This document shows, in pieces, positions 19,732 to 29,416 of a stretch of 60,384 bases of DNA. Position numbers and translations under genes: made by a program. A model generated the notes under the pieces. That model had not been told where the DNA came from. It worked only from the letters and a program-made list of their open reading frames with translations, and did not search any database. The stretch lies in IMG/VR virus record IMGVR_UViG_3300027985_001690. One strand, 5' to 3'. This DNA comes from an uncultured virus (IMG/VR IMGVR_UViG_3300027985_001690). Lineage: Duplodnaviria > Heunggongvirae > Uroviricota > Caudoviricetes. The first letter of the stretch is position 1, and the number at the start of each line of letters is the position of its first letter.

Positions 19732-20388
19732 TCAACCCTTCCTGAAAGCGAGCCAACCCAGCCCGAACAGAGCGATAGCGCCAGCGCCAACCCAAGGCAG
19801 GATCGACGCCTTTTCCTCCGGGTACAGCGACCCGGACACTTCGTTGTAGAACGGATCGGCGAGCACATTGGCGTTGCATCCATCGACGAGTGCCCTTGTC
19901 GTCTCGGTCTCCCCGACGTCCGTCGTCGTCTTCTTGTAGGCCTTCAGGTAGTTGTCCAAGGCTTCCGGCCCGGTCGCACCTGTGTACGGATTCAAGAACG
20001 CCATCGCAGCTCCGTTGCAGAAGCATGCGTAAGCAAACAGGTTGAGTCGACATTGGTTGTCGTCCCAGCCTGGGACTCCGAAACCGGTGGATGCGGAGTT
20101 TTCTTGGCTCATCGACAACTCGAGCCAATTCGAGAACGTACCGGCAGCGTCCCTTGAGGATCCCAGAGCGGCATATGCCGTAGGCTTGAGTGTTTCATCC
20201 AGCGTGGGGTCGTAGTTGGGATCCTGGTCGATCTTCACCAACATCTGGCGAACGACTTCGACCACAGACGATCTGTCGATTCCCGCAACCCTCATGAACT
20301 CAAGGAGTGGTACGAGTTCGAGCATCAACTCCAATGACGAAGCGTCTTTGCTCGAAACCGATGCTTGGCACTTGGCGCTGACGAACAT
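19732..20388 (-). CDS. Hypothetical protein with C-terminal TM
   Basis: ILPWVGAGAIALFGLGWLAFRKG. Confidence 0.75.
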   Translation of the reverse strand: MFVSAKCQASVSSKDASSLELMLELVPLLEFMRVAGIDRSSVVEVVRQMLVKIDQDPNYDPTLDETLKPTAYAALGSSRDAAGTFSNWLELSMSQENSASTGFGVPGWDDNQCRLNLFAYACFCNGAAMAFLNPYTGATGPEALDNYLKAYKKTTTDVGETETTRALVDGCNANVLADPFYNEVSGSLYPEEKASILPWVGAGAIALFGLGWLAFRKG

Positions 20389-20391
20389 GGG

Positions 20392-21090
20392 TTACCGTCC
20401 CTTCTTGCCGAGGAGGGTCGCGGCACCCACGGCGCCGGCGATGCCGACCGCGCCGGCGGCGAGCAGCGCCAGGTAGGAGTACCCACCGGACGAATCACCA
20501 GACGTTGCCGAGATGTTCTCGAAGCCCTCGGGGGGAGCGGAGTCCGCGCCGCCTCCGACGGCCTTGAATCCGCAGTCCGCGGGGATGTCGGGCGACACGA
20601 ACGCGCACCAGTCGCGGTAGATCAGCGGGATGCCGTTCTGCCCGCTCGCGCCCTCGTACCCCGCGGTGCGCAGGGCGTCGTTGACGCTGGTCTGGAAGAA
20701 CGTGTTGCGCGACAGAAGGAAGAACACGTCCTCGGGGGTCACGCGCCATGCCTCATCCTTGACGACGGTGCCGCGGATGTAGGCAGCGATGATGCTCATA
20801 TACTGAGCGGTCTGGCAGTCGTACACGCCAGTCGGCTCGAACGCCACATCCTCGCCGGCCATGACAGAGAGCTCGCCGATGGCCGACTGTTGCAGCAACG
20901 TGATGAGCAGCTGGGTGTCGAGCTTGATACGACCGATGCGGTACGATGTCTCGCTGTCGGTCGGATCGTACACGGCGAACCAGAACGAGCTCGAGGGGCC
21001 CTTGAAGTCGATGTCTGCGTCGAGCAGGGCTCGAGCCCAGTTGGCTTCGCCCTGCTTGACCAGCGTGTTTTCGAATGTGAGTTCGTACAT
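20392..21090 (-). CDS. Hypothetical protein with C-terminal TM
   Basis: Start MYELTFE at TAATG overlap; YLALLAAGAVGIAGAVGAATLLGKKGR. Confidence 0.75.
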   Translation of the reverse strand: MYELTFENTLVKQGEANWARALLDADIDFKGPSSSFWFAVYDPTDSETSYRIGRIKLDTQLLITLLQQSAIGELSVMAGEDVAFEPTGVYDCQTAQYMSIIAAYIRGTVVKDEAWRVTPEDVFFLLSRNTFFQTSVNDALRTAGYEGASGQNGIPLIYRDWCAFVSPDIPADCGFKAVGGGADSAPPEGFENISATSGDSSGGYSYLALLAAGAVGIAGAVGAATLLGKKGR

Positions 21091-21866
21091 TACATCCTCG
21101 CAAGCTGGTCGGTCTTTGCGTAGACCTCGACCTCCATGCGCCCCGCGACCCGCCAGTAGCGGCTCTGGGGATGGTTGATCACGAACCGGTCTTCTGGACG
21201 CATGTACGTGCCGTCGACGTTGACCGGAGGTTGAACGCGCGTGTCGGGATCCGTCTGGTGGACGGAGGCGTAGAACGCGACCTGGCAGGGGCCGTCGACC
21301 CGCTGCTTCAGGTTTGCCGTTACCTGCGTCCACGGGTAACGAAGATCCTTGAAGTTTCCAAGACCTCCCACTGGCTTTCCGTAGGGAATGCCGGCGTTGA
21401 GTGGACGATACGCGCCCAGTACCGGAACCCGAGCGAGAATCGCCGAGGTGAGACCGGTCCGGTCGGACGCGTACGGCGGCAAGAATACCAGGTCGTCGTA
21501 GATGGTGGACCGGTACTGCTGTGGCTCGATTCGGCGAAGATGCCACGAGATGTTCCCGTCGATGAAGCACCACGTGGGATCGGTGACGGTGAGCTCCAAT
21601 GGGTACTGGGTGGGATCCTGCTCGTCTCCGACGTCGAGCATCGTCCCGATCGTCACCAGCTGGTGGAGGGCCTCGATGACGATGAACTCGTCCTCAGCTA
21701 CCTCCATGGCGAACAGACGAAGGAACAGCCGTCGGCTTTGAGAGATAGTCGGGTTGGCAGGCAGAACAATGCCGGTGGAGGCCGTGTCGCCCACGTACGG
21801 GGACGCGCCCACCAACGCCTTCGCAGGATCATACTGCGAGGTTCCGCCTACGATTACACGCCGCAT
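21090..21866 (-). CDS. Beta-rich soluble protein, candidate minor capsid/vertex protein
   Basis: No TM, strand-like patterning, in operon behind the candidate MCP. Confidence 0.4.
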   Translation of the reverse strand: MRRVIVGGTSQYDPAKALVGASPYVGDTASTGIVLPANPTISQSRRLFLRLFAMEVAEDEFIVIEALHQLVTIGTMLDVGDEQDPTQYPLELTVTDPTWCFIDGNISWHLRRIEPQQYRSTIYDDLVFLPPYASDRTGLTSAILARVPVLGAYRPLNAGIPYGKPVGGLGNFKDLRYPWTQVTANLKQRVDGPCQVAFYASVHQTDPDTRVQPPVNVDGTYMRPEDRFVINHPQSRYWRVAGRMEVEVYAKTDQLARM

Positions 21867-22489
21867 CCGCCACCCATCCCGTTCTTGGGAAGAACGCCGT
21901 TGTTGCGCAGATAGCAAACGGCCTCATCGTACCCACACCCGGGGAGCTCGCAGCCCGACAGCTCCATCCCGGAAAAGACGATGTTGACCTGGTACGGGAT
22001 CTCGTCCTCAGAGAACGCGCGTCGGTTGATCAGGTCGATCGACACGTTCGAGTCCGCGGTCAGGATCCACGCAGCGTTCCGTCGGTTCGCGTTGGCCGCG
22101 GGGCCCATCACGTCTTCGATGGGCTGGTACCCTTCGGTGATGGTGAACTTTTCCCTGCCGACCATTCGCATGCTCACGTCGATGTACGGCATGCGAGCGG
22201 CGTAGTAGTCCTGCTCGAGCTTGCCGAACACGCCGGCGTTCGCGTTGGGTCGACGAACGGTGTAGGCGAGATCCCAAACCCAGAACATCTGGAAGAGCTT
22301 GTCCGGGAACTTCGCTCCAAGAATCTCGTTCTCCGCGTCGACCACGTCCCAAGCCACCTGGATGGATCGAGATCGGTAAACGAGCGGCTGGCCCTGGACC
22401 AGCATGTAGGCGAGCTTGGGAGAAAACAGCGCGATGGTACGCAGCTCATTGCCGAGCTCGGCAACCACCCTCGATTCAATGTTGTCCAT
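21854..22489 (-). CDS. Beta-rich soluble protein, candidate (single) jelly-roll capsid protein
   Basis: 211 aa, GGAGGA RBS, strand-rich, ends VNIVFSGMEL, resembling VRIGLGLKGFQV of the 448-aa protein. Confidence 0.4.
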   Translation of the reverse strand: MDNIESRVVAELGNELRTIALFSPKLAYMLVQGQPLVYRSRSIQVAWDVVDAENEILGAKFPDKLFQMFWVWDLAYTVRRPNANAGVFGKLEQDYYAARMPYIDVSMRMVGREKFTITEGYQPIEDVMGPAANANRRNAAWILTADSNVSIDLINRRAFSEDEIPYQVNIVFSGMELSGCELPGCGYDEAVCYLRNNGVLPKNGMGGGCGV

Positions 22490-22563
22490 GGATCCTCCGT
22501 CTATTCGGCGTCGAGGTCAGCCGACGGCATCGGCTCACATCGGCGTCGAAGGGCGAAACGGAA

Positions 22564-22620
22564 GGGCCCGACGATTCACTCCCCGTGGGGGCTGGGGAGG
22601 CTTGTTGAATCGACGGGCCC
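22564..22620. promoter_or_regulatory. Long intergenic stem-loop downstream of the candidate MCP
   Basis: GGGCCCGACGATTCA...TGAATCGACGGGCCC (15-bp arms, 1 mismatch) enclosing CTCCCC/GGGGAG. Confidence 0.55.
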
Positions 22621-22681
22621 ATTCGGTGTGTCCTTCTTTGGACGTCGTACGTCCCCAACGGGACGGCCTACGGCGTGGTTC

Positions 22682-24028
22682 TCAGCGCTGGTTGTCGGGT
22701 TGGCCCACGAAGCCGGCGGGCACGCCCACCATCTTCATCAGCTTGCTGTCGTCCGCGTACTTGTTGATCAAGTCCGCCTGGATGGGGGCGCCACAGGAGC
22801 CGGCCATCGGGACGTACTCGCCCTGGAGCAACTGCATGAGCAGGTCCTTGTCCTGGAGGACGCGCCGCCACAGGCCGCACGTGCCCTCGCGGACCTGGAA
22901 GCCCTTGAGGCCGAGACCGATGCGGACCTGGCCCGCGGGGATCTGGGTCTGGCAGGCAATGCCGCCGTCCGGATCCGCGGCCTGGTCGGTCTCGTGGATC
23001 GGGAAGTTGCAGGACGCGATCGCCGGCACGGGGCCAGCGCAGCGACGAAGGATCGCCTCGTCGAGGCTGCGGTACCAGTAGGTCTCGTCACCCTCACGCC
23101 GATTGAGCGTGAGCTTGATCTTGGTGTTCGAGTCCAACGGCATCGGGACGGGCAGACGAATCCACGTCTCGTACTGGCTGGTCTGGAAGGGGCAGCCGTA
23201 CGCAGCGCGGTCCTTCGAGTAGTGGTACGGCGAGATCTCGCCGTCCGAGTTCTGCTCGGCGTTGAGCGGGAAGAAGTACCCGGACTCGGCCAGCGGGGCG
23301 TAGCCGTCCGCGGGCATCGCCAAGGCGGTCGGCAGGGTGATGTCGTGGAGGCGAGCGTTCAGGCGGCGCACGACGTACGTCAGCGGCATGTCGCTGTTGC
23401 CGAAGCCGTCGAACGACATGTGGCTGCAGCAGTTGCCGAGGTCCGCGAGTCGCTCGTCGATGATGTTCTCGAACCCGGAGTTCGGGCACTCGAAAACGAT
23501 GCGCCAGGCCTGCATCATTGCCCAGATGAAGCGCCAGGTCGAACCGCCCCAATCGAGGACGGACGGGCAGGCGAAGAAGTCCGCGGGCAGCGCATCCGCG
23601 GTGCCGAGCAGCGCCTGCAGCAGGGCCACCTGGTTGCGGAGGTTGAGCGGCGACGCGGGGTTGGTGGCGAGGCTCTCGATGTAGCTCTTGGGACCGAACT
23701 GGTTGCCCTCGACCTGCATGGAGACGGGCTCGCCCTGGATCAGCACGCACACGCCGGTCACGATGAAGGGGTTATCGACCGTGAAGGTCGGGCCCGTCAT
23801 GTTGGACGAGTAGGCGATGCGGTTGGTGCCGGGGAGACGCTGGACGTTCTGGTCCGCACCGAAGAGGTTGATCTCGTTCCCTGCCAACTCCTGGTAGTCC
23901 TGGTTGTTGAGGGGGAACTCAATGTTCCAGAGCGCGAACTCGCTGGTCGGGTAGGCCGACAGCGGCATGCGCGCCACGCGAACGAGCTCATCGATGCTGT
24001 TGCAGTGGAGGATGTGCTGTTTTTCCAT
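22682..24028 (-). CDS. Candidate major capsid protein (448 aa)
   Basis: Strong AAAGGAG RBS, strongly biased codons, soluble and beta-rich, follows the basic core-like gene; fold not confirmed. Confidence 0.45.
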   Translation of the reverse strand: MEKQHILHCNSIDELVRVARMPLSAYPTSEFALWNIEFPLNNQDYQELAGNEINLFGADQNVQRLPGTNRIAYSSNMTGPTFTVDNPFIVTGVCVLIQGEPVSMQVEGNQFGPKSYIESLATNPASPLNLRNQVALLQALLGTADALPADFFACPSVLDWGGSTWRFIWAMMQAWRIVFECPNSGFENIIDERLADLGNCCSHMSFDGFGNSDMPLTYVVRRLNARLHDITLPTALAMPADGYAPLAESGYFFPLNAEQNSDGEISPYHYSKDRAAYGCPFQTSQYETWIRLPVPMPLDSNTKIKLTLNRREGDETYWYRSLDEAILRRCAGPVPAIASCNFPIHETDQAADPDGGIACQTQIPAGQVRIGLGLKGFQVREGTCGLWRRVLQDKDLLMQLLQGEYVPMAGSCGAPIQADLINKYADDSKLMKMVGVPAGFVGQPDNQR

Positions 24029-24049
24029 GGTGCTTGTTGCTCCTTTCGA

Positions 24050-25396
24050 TCACTTCACGAACGGGCTTTTTCGCGGGATGTTGATCCCTACGAATGGGTT
24101 CTTCTTGGGCGCGCGCCCGAATTGGGGCGTGTTTGCCGACTGGACCTGCAGGTCGAGCCGGGGGCTCTTGGGCTGAGCAGGCTCTCCGCGGCCTCCTCCG
24201 CCGTCGACCGGCGTTCCGGGGTTGATGATGCGCGTGCCGCCGTCTCCCGGAACGAGTCCAGGCACAGCTCCGCCGCCTCCGGGCACGAGGCCAGGAACGC
24301 GACCACCACCGTTTCCACCGTTGCCGGGGACGCTGCCGTCTCCGCCGTCACCGGGGTAGTTGTCGTCGCTGCCACCATTGGGACAGAGACCGTCACACCC
24401 ACCGGTTGTCTGGCCGCTCACCTTGCGCAGGCAATCCTGCTCGGGGGAGCGAGAGAACGGGTTGCAACTGCATCCGCCTGCCGGGCCACCGCAGTTGTTG
24501 CAGGGCTCGAGTAGACCGGAACGCTTGCAGGATGCACAGCCGACACTTCCGGTCGCAACAGGACCGATTCGTGCCGGCTTACCTGCGAAAGGGTGGGGGG
24601 ACCCTCCCATCAGGCGACGGCCAGCTGCGCCAGAGGACGCAGCGGGTTGACGGTCCGGGAAGTACCGGTCGCCAGCGTCGCCGGCCTTCTTGCTCTTGAA
24701 GAGCATCGGCAGGGCATGGTCGGTGAGGATCATGAAGCCGGCCTTGAACAGGTAGGCTCCGGCGAAGCCGGCAAGGCCCACTGCCAACATCGGCATCTTC
24801 TTGCGCGCGGCGTAGGCGCCCGCGGCGGAGAGGCCACCGACGGCAAGCTGCGCGAAGATGCGAACGCCGTCGCTCTTGGCATTGATGGCCGTCGAAGCGC
24901 TGGTGCCGTACAGCACCTTGTCGCTGGTCTGGGAGGTCGCTCGGGTAGCGAGCCAGCGGTCGAGCAGTGCGCTCACGCCGGCGCCGGCGATTGCGCCGAC
25001 CACGAACGCGGCCACGGCCTTGGGCTGGTCGGTCGGGTTGCTCGCGCGCAGGATGATCGCAGCCCCACCGCGCTTGTACTTGCGGTAGGTCACGCTCTTG
25101 CGCTTGGCATTGCGGATCGAGGTCGAGACGGCTCGACTGATCTGCTTGCCTCGCACGCGCACCTTCGAGGTCCGGGTCGCCGATCCCTTGGTACGGGCGC
25201 CCTTCTTGACCGTGCGCGTGCGCTTCTTGGTCGCCTTTGCCTTCGCGGGTGTGGTTTTCTTGGCGGATTTTCGACTCCGCTTCTTTGCAGCAGCCATTCG
25301 GTTTCTCTCCTTGCGCCTAGCGGCCACCGCTTTCTTGGGCTTGCCGCCGCTTGGGTTTCTGAGACGGGCCCCTACTGCGTCGGATTCTGCAAACAT
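24050..25396 (-). CDS. Basic DNA-binding/membrane core-like protein (alternative start 25297)
   Basis: ~90-aa K/R-rich N-terminus, RASNP, three hydrophobic helices, Cys cluster, Gly-rich VPGL repeats. Confidence 0.6.
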   Translation of the reverse strand: MFAESDAVGARLRNPSGGKPKKAVAARRKERNRMAAAKKRSRKSAKKTTPAKAKATKKRTRTVKKGARTKGSATRTSKVRVRGKQISRAVSTSIRNAKRKSVTYRKYKRGGAAIILRASNPTDQPKAVAAFVVGAIAGAGVSALLDRWLATRATSQTSDKVLYGTSASTAINAKSDGVRIFAQLAVGGLSAAGAYAARKKMPMLAVGLAGFAGAYLFKAGFMILTDHALPMLFKSKKAGDAGDRYFPDRQPAASSGAAGRRLMGGSPHPFAGKPARIGPVATGSVGCASCKRSGLLEPCNNCGGPAGGCSCNPFSRSPEQDCLRKVSGQTTGGCDGLCPNGGSDDNYPGDGGDGSVPGNGGNGGGRVPGLVPGGGGAVPGLVPGDGGTRIINPGTPVDGGGGRGEPAQPKSPRLDLQVQSANTPQFGRAPKKNPFVGINIPRKSPFVK

Positions 25397-25465
25397 CAGT
25401 ACTCCACCCGAAACGCCGCAAGGGCGCGAGCAAACGGACAATGGTGTTGAGGGGGAATCGAAGAG

Positions 25466-26002
25466 CTACGGCCAGACGAACCCGTGCTCTGTGATCTTGC
25501 ATCCGTCTGGTAGGCTGATTCGATACGCCTTGACGCGCTGTCCGAGCAATTGGCGATACCCACGTTGCTTGAACAAGATCGCACGATCCGAACGTTTTTT
25601 CGGAACGTCCGTGTCGTGGTAATAAGGTCCTTTGAGTTCCCCATAGCGATCGTAGTTGATGCAACGTATGTCGCCAACACGGTCCCATGGGCCTACGGGT
25701 ATTTCAACTGTGGCGTCGTGCAACTCCGCGGTGTCTCCGTAATACGCTCGTGCGTCTTTTCCTACCTTTGACACCTCGCTATTGCGTAGTCTCCTACCAT
25801 GCGAGTAAGGCGCGATGAAGACTTCACACATGTCTGTGCACTCACCCGACGGATCGTGGATGAGTCCCCAATCCTCCGGGAGCTCGACCGTGGTGCCGGT
25901 TGTCAATTCGATCGACACGATGTCCCCTCGGATGAAGATCTCGGAGTTCTCGAGATCACAACACACCGGCTTGTCAATACCTTTTCGCTGTCCTCGCTTC
26001 AT
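25466..26002 (-). CDS. Hypothetical protein
   Basis: ATGA overlap with the upstream gene. Confidence 0.6.
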   Translation of the reverse strand: MKRGQRKGIDKPVCCDLENSEIFIRGDIVSIELTTGTTVELPEDWGLIHDPSGECTDMCEVFIAPYSHGRRLRNSEVSKVGKDARAYYGDTAELHDATVEIPVGPWDRVGDIRCINYDRYGELKGPYYHDTDVPKKRSDRAILFKQRGYRQLLGQRVKAYRISLPDGCKITEHGFVWP

Positions 26003-26325
26003 TGAATCGCACCATTCCTTACGAAGCCATGCCACCTGCATCCGGAGGTGATCAGAACGGACGGAGACAACGATAGATCGTCGAAGCACGTTCCGCTTAC
26101 AGCCCACCTTCCGGGCTTTGGTACCTCTTCGGTTGGGACTCCCTTGTCTCGGAACCAGCAGAGCACGACGTGCGTACCCACGGGACCGCCATTGGCCTCG
26201 AAGCAGGCCGGGCACAGGAACCGTATCCCCTGCGCGGCCTCGAGGTCGTCGACTTGTTGGTAGAGCTTGCCAGGCTTCTCGATCCTCATGAATGCGGGAT
26301 CGAGTTGCCGAAGACGCAGGTTCAC
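25999..26325 (-). CDS. DUF6527-like protein
   Basis: FLCPAC...RW...LSLSPSV...CRWHGFVRNG pattern; GTGA overlap. Confidence 0.65.
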   Translation of the reverse strand: MNLRLRQLDPAFMRIEKPGKLYQQVDDLEAAQGIRFLCPACFEANGGPVGTHVVLCWFRDKGVPTEEVPKPGRWAVSGTCFDDLSLSPSVLITSGCRWHGFVRNGAIQ

Positions 26326-27167
26326 TTCAGGAACTTCCACGCAGCGACTGCGGCTGCGCCAAACGTCATGCCGAGGGCGATGCTAAGCAGTGAAGCTCCT
26401 CCGCCCCCACTCGAGCTCGAGGTCATCTCTTCGGTGTCGAGATCGATCTCTCGCAGACCGGAGTACCCCTCGTTCACAGCTCGGTTGACGTAGTTGATGA
26501 TTCCGTCCACGTAGCCGCAGTTCGTGATGAGACCAAAGTCGTGTTCAGGCGTTGGGCATTCCGCGCGGATGCCCGTCTCCTTGTCCTTGATGCCGACCTG
26601 GTCTCCGCACTCTGGGCTCCCGTGGTTGTACGCGCCCGCGACGTACATCAGGTTGTTGCCGTACTTGCCCATAAGGTGCTCGAGCAGCTTGGTCCCCAGA
26701 TCGATGTTGAGCACCGGATCGGTCAATTCCTCCGCGGTGGGGCCGACGTGTCCAGGGGTCTTCTTCGGAAACGCCGGATCGCTAGCCCACTTCGCCGTCG
26801 ACATGATGAGCTGCATGAGCCCGATGGCGCTGGCTGGGCTGAACGCGCCCGGTGCGCCACGGCTTTCCTGCGCGATGAACCCGGCGATCCACGATGCGGG
26901 CACGAGATACGTGTTGGCGGCGGCGTTGATGAGCTCCCGGTACGTGTCGACCTTCTCGGGCCAGTTGCTGGCCGTCGGCACCGATCCATTGACCTCGACC
27001 TTGCCGTCCTCCTGGTACCGGATCCAGATGGCCTTGTTGCACTTGTCCACCAGCTTCCCTCCAGGCTCCCTGTCGGACTCCTTCTTGCGGATGTACGCCG
27101 GGGGCGGCGGGTCGTCAGTGCCGAAGGTCTTTGGGACAGCGGTGGAATCCAGGTTTACGCACTCCAC
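26322..27167 (-). CDS. Lytic transglycosylase (SLT) with C-terminal TM anchor
   Basis: QESRG catalytic Glu, AIGLMQL, NIDLG, AYNHG; LLSIALGMTFGAAAVAAWKFLK. Confidence 0.9.
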   Translation of the reverse strand: MECVNLDSTAVPKTFGTDDPPPPAYIRKKESDREPGGKLVDKCNKAIWIRYQEDGKVEVNGSVPTASNWPEKVDTYRELINAAANTYLVPASWIAGFIAQESRGAPGAFSPASAIGLMQLIMSTAKWASDPAFPKKTPGHVGPTAEELTDPVLNIDLGTKLLEHLMGKYGNNLMYVAGAYNHGSPECGDQVGIKDKETGIRAECPTPEHDFGLITNCGYVDGIINYVNRAVNEGYSGLREIDLDTEEMTSSSSGGGGASLLSIALGMTFGAAAVAAWKFLK

Positions 27168-27170
27168 GGT

Positions 27171-27602
27171 TCACCTCTTGTCGTCCGCGGTTGCGGCGAG
27201 AACGATCGGAAGTCCGACCAGGAAAATCCCGAGCGCCCAGGCGCCGACGTACATCGCTTGTCCGAGAGAGGTCCTCGCGTGTCCGTACTCGATGGCCCCC
27301 GCGCTCTGCCCGTACTCCCAGATGTCGTAGAGCTTCCACTGCTCGCCGCCCTCGGGAAGGTTGACCCCGTCGTCGCCCTTCCACGTTCCCTCGAGAAAGA
27401 CCTGCGTCTCTCCGAGACCGGAGTCGTCCTGCTTTCGATCGCTGGGCCAGTCCGCCGGGAGCTCGTCGGCGTAGAACCAAACCTGAACGTCCCCAAACCC
27501 GACATCCTCGAGCTTGGGAATGATGTGCTTCGGTAGGACCTCGAACGTCGCCGATGTGACAATGATCCGACCGCGGTAGACCTTGTTCGTGTGCAGCTGC
27601 AT
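27171..27602 (-). CDS. Hypothetical protein with C-terminal TM
   Basis: MYVGAWALGIFLVGLPIVLAA. Confidence 0.7.
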   Translation of the reverse strand: MQLHTNKVYRGRIIVTSATFEVLPKHIIPKLEDVGFGDVQVWFYADELPADWPSDRKQDDSGLGETQVFLEGTWKGDDGVNLPEGGEQWKLYDIWEYGQSAGAIEYGHARTSLGQAMYVGAWALGIFLVGLPIVLAATADDKR

Positions 27603-27603
27603 T

Positions 27604-27930
27604 TCACACCCGCCAGTTGTTGGCCAACCAAGCGACGGCGTCGTCAACCGATGTCATCGTGACGCTGTCGGGCCAGCTGTAGAAATCGCCATTGTCGAGT
27701 CGACAGATGTTCACCCTGTCGAAGCCGATGACCGGAGGGCAAGTCTCTTCCCGATCCTTGCAAGTCCAGATCGGAAGCGATTGAACGATTTGGATTGCGT
27801 CCGGCAGAGAGCACTCGAACTCTCGAACATCCTTCGAGCCGTCGCTCTCTCCATCTGGTCCGATGCCTTGCGTCCAAGCCTGCTTGGTGCCACCGACGAC
27901 GTCCATGTGTTGGAGTGCAGGTACCGTCAT
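27604..27930 (-). CDS. Hypothetical protein
   Basis: Tightly packed ORF in the operon. Confidence 0.6.
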   Translation of the reverse strand: MTVPALQHMDVVGGTKQAWTQGIGPDGESDGSKDVREFECSLPDAIQIVQSLPIWTCKDREETCPPVIGFDRVNICRLDNGDFYSWPDSVTMTSVDDAVAWLANNWRV

Positions 27931-27931
27931 G

Positions 27932-28738
27932 TCACACGCTCGTCATGCAAGTGCCCGTGGGGGGCGGTTGATGCCATCGGGGCGCGAGCAGGTACTCGAT
28001 CGTCCTGGGCAGCACGACCTTCGCCTGGAAGATGTGATCGGTGCATCCAGTCTGATCTCGGTTCTCGTACCCGAGGATGTGGAGGCCTCCCTTGTTTACC
28101 TGGTACCAGAACGGCATCGAGTCGTAGGTAATTCTGTTGGGGTGCCACGAGCACCCGATCTCGACGGGCTGCGCAAGGAACTTCGTGAGCATCTGGGGGA
28201 CCTCGGCGTCCTCGTTCGTCACGGCCCCTCCGAACACCTTCTCGATGATCTGCTGCGCGGTCTCCGTCGTCGAGGTGTACGAAGGCTGCACCTGCGAGTG
28301 CGTGATGATGCACGAACGGCTCCCGGGTTGGAGGCCTCGCTCGACGGCGCCGCCGAACGCGGCGAGCTCCGCGAAGTCCGCCCAGACGTCGACGCCGGCG
28401 TGGATCCCATCGATGGCGATGGCGGTGTCGATGTACCCACCATCAGCGGAGTCGAGCACGAGCCGTAGCGCGGTGCAGCTCGCGGAGAATCCGAGGAGAG
28501 CGATCCGGCTGGCCTGGATGCCTCGATCCTTGAAGATCTTGTTGAGAGGTCGATCGCCGAGGCCTTCGAGGGCGTTGTTCCATTGCGGCGCCCGTTCGCC
28601 CTTTGCGTTGGGCGGGCCCAGCGGTGGATCTGGCAGCTGTACGAACGCCACCGGGTAGGTGAAGATCTCGGACGCCCGCTGCCGAATGTCGTTGGGGGGT
28701 GCGCCGTGCGCCCAGTATGCAATGACGTCAGTTGCCAT
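27932..28738 (-). CDS. Alpha/beta-hydrolase-like protein
   Basis: IALLGFSASC nucleophile-elbow-like motif, AIDGIH, late His (TDHI). Confidence 0.5.
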   Translation of the reverse strand: MATDVIAYWAHGAPPNDIRQRASEIFTYPVAFVQLPDPPLGPPNAKGERAPQWNNALEGLGDRPLNKIFKDRGIQASRIALLGFSASCTALRLVLDSADGGYIDTAIAIDGIHAGVDVWADFAELAAFGGAVERGLQPGSRSCIITHSQVQPSYTSTTETAQQIIEKVFGGAVTNEDAEVPQMLTKFLAQPVEIGCSWHPNRITYDSMPFWYQVNKGGLHILGYENRDQTGCTDHIFQAKVVLPRTIEYLLAPRWHQPPPTGTCMTSV

Positions 28739-29138
28739 CGGATTCCTTTCGTTCGATCCTTGGCATCACCGACACGTCCAGGTACAGGTTGGCGTGCCGG
28801 CCAAGGTGGATGGACCAAGCACGTCGGCCATGCGGCTTGTCGGCTGGTTCGTCTCCTTGAACCTTGTCCCACTTCTCTTTGCCTGCCTCATCCTTCACGC
28901 GGACTCCATCTTCGAAGACCGGACTCCACCCATCCTTCAGATGTCCGCCGGTAACCGATAGCAGACGCATGATCAACGCCTCTGCCGACTTCGCCTCCTC
29001 GACCCATGGCACCGCGATCAAGTCCAGGTCCCTTGCCATGCTGCCGTGCACCGCGATCGCGTAGCCGCACTCGCGCCCGGCCTCCATGATGTCCGGAAGC
29101 AGACACGCGTATGTCGCAGCTGGCGAAACTTTATTCAC
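28728..29138 (-). CDS. Minimal nucleotidyltransferase-like phage protein
   Basis: GYAIAVHGSMARDLDLIAVPW (GS-DxD) and a downstream LDVS. Confidence 0.5.
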   Translation of the reverse strand: MNKVSPAATYACLLPDIMEAGRECGYAIAVHGSMARDLDLIAVPWVEEAKSAEALIMRLLSVTGGHLKDGWSPVFEDGVRVKDEAGKEKWDKVQGDEPADKPHGRRAWSIHLGRHANLYLDVSVMPRIERKESDGN

Positions 29139-29413
29139 GGTTTCCTCCTCGCGAGTGACATGGCCGCTTGCTGCGGAGTGGGCGGGGAGTCGTCACCGAA
29201 CAGGTGTTCAAACGATCGTTCGATGTCGCGCTCCACCACCTTTGCGATGATCACCGTCGCGATGCTTCCGACTACGGCGCCAACACCGATGGCCATCGCG
29301 GTGTGCCCTCGCATCGGGCCAATTCCCAAGGCTGTGACCCCACCGGAGATGGCGCCACCGAACACGGCGCCACCGATCGCAGGTCGAAGGATGCTGTCAT
29401 CTGGATCCGCCAT
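29135..29413 (-). CDS. Small Gly-zipper membrane protein
   Basis: Two GxxxG-rich hydrophobic helices. Confidence 0.6.
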   Translation of the reverse strand: MADPDDSILRPAIGGAVFGGAISGGVTALGIGPMRGHTAMAIGVGAVVGSIATVIIAKVVERDIERSFEHLFGDDSPPTPQQAAMSLARRKP

Positions 29414-29416
29414 GGC

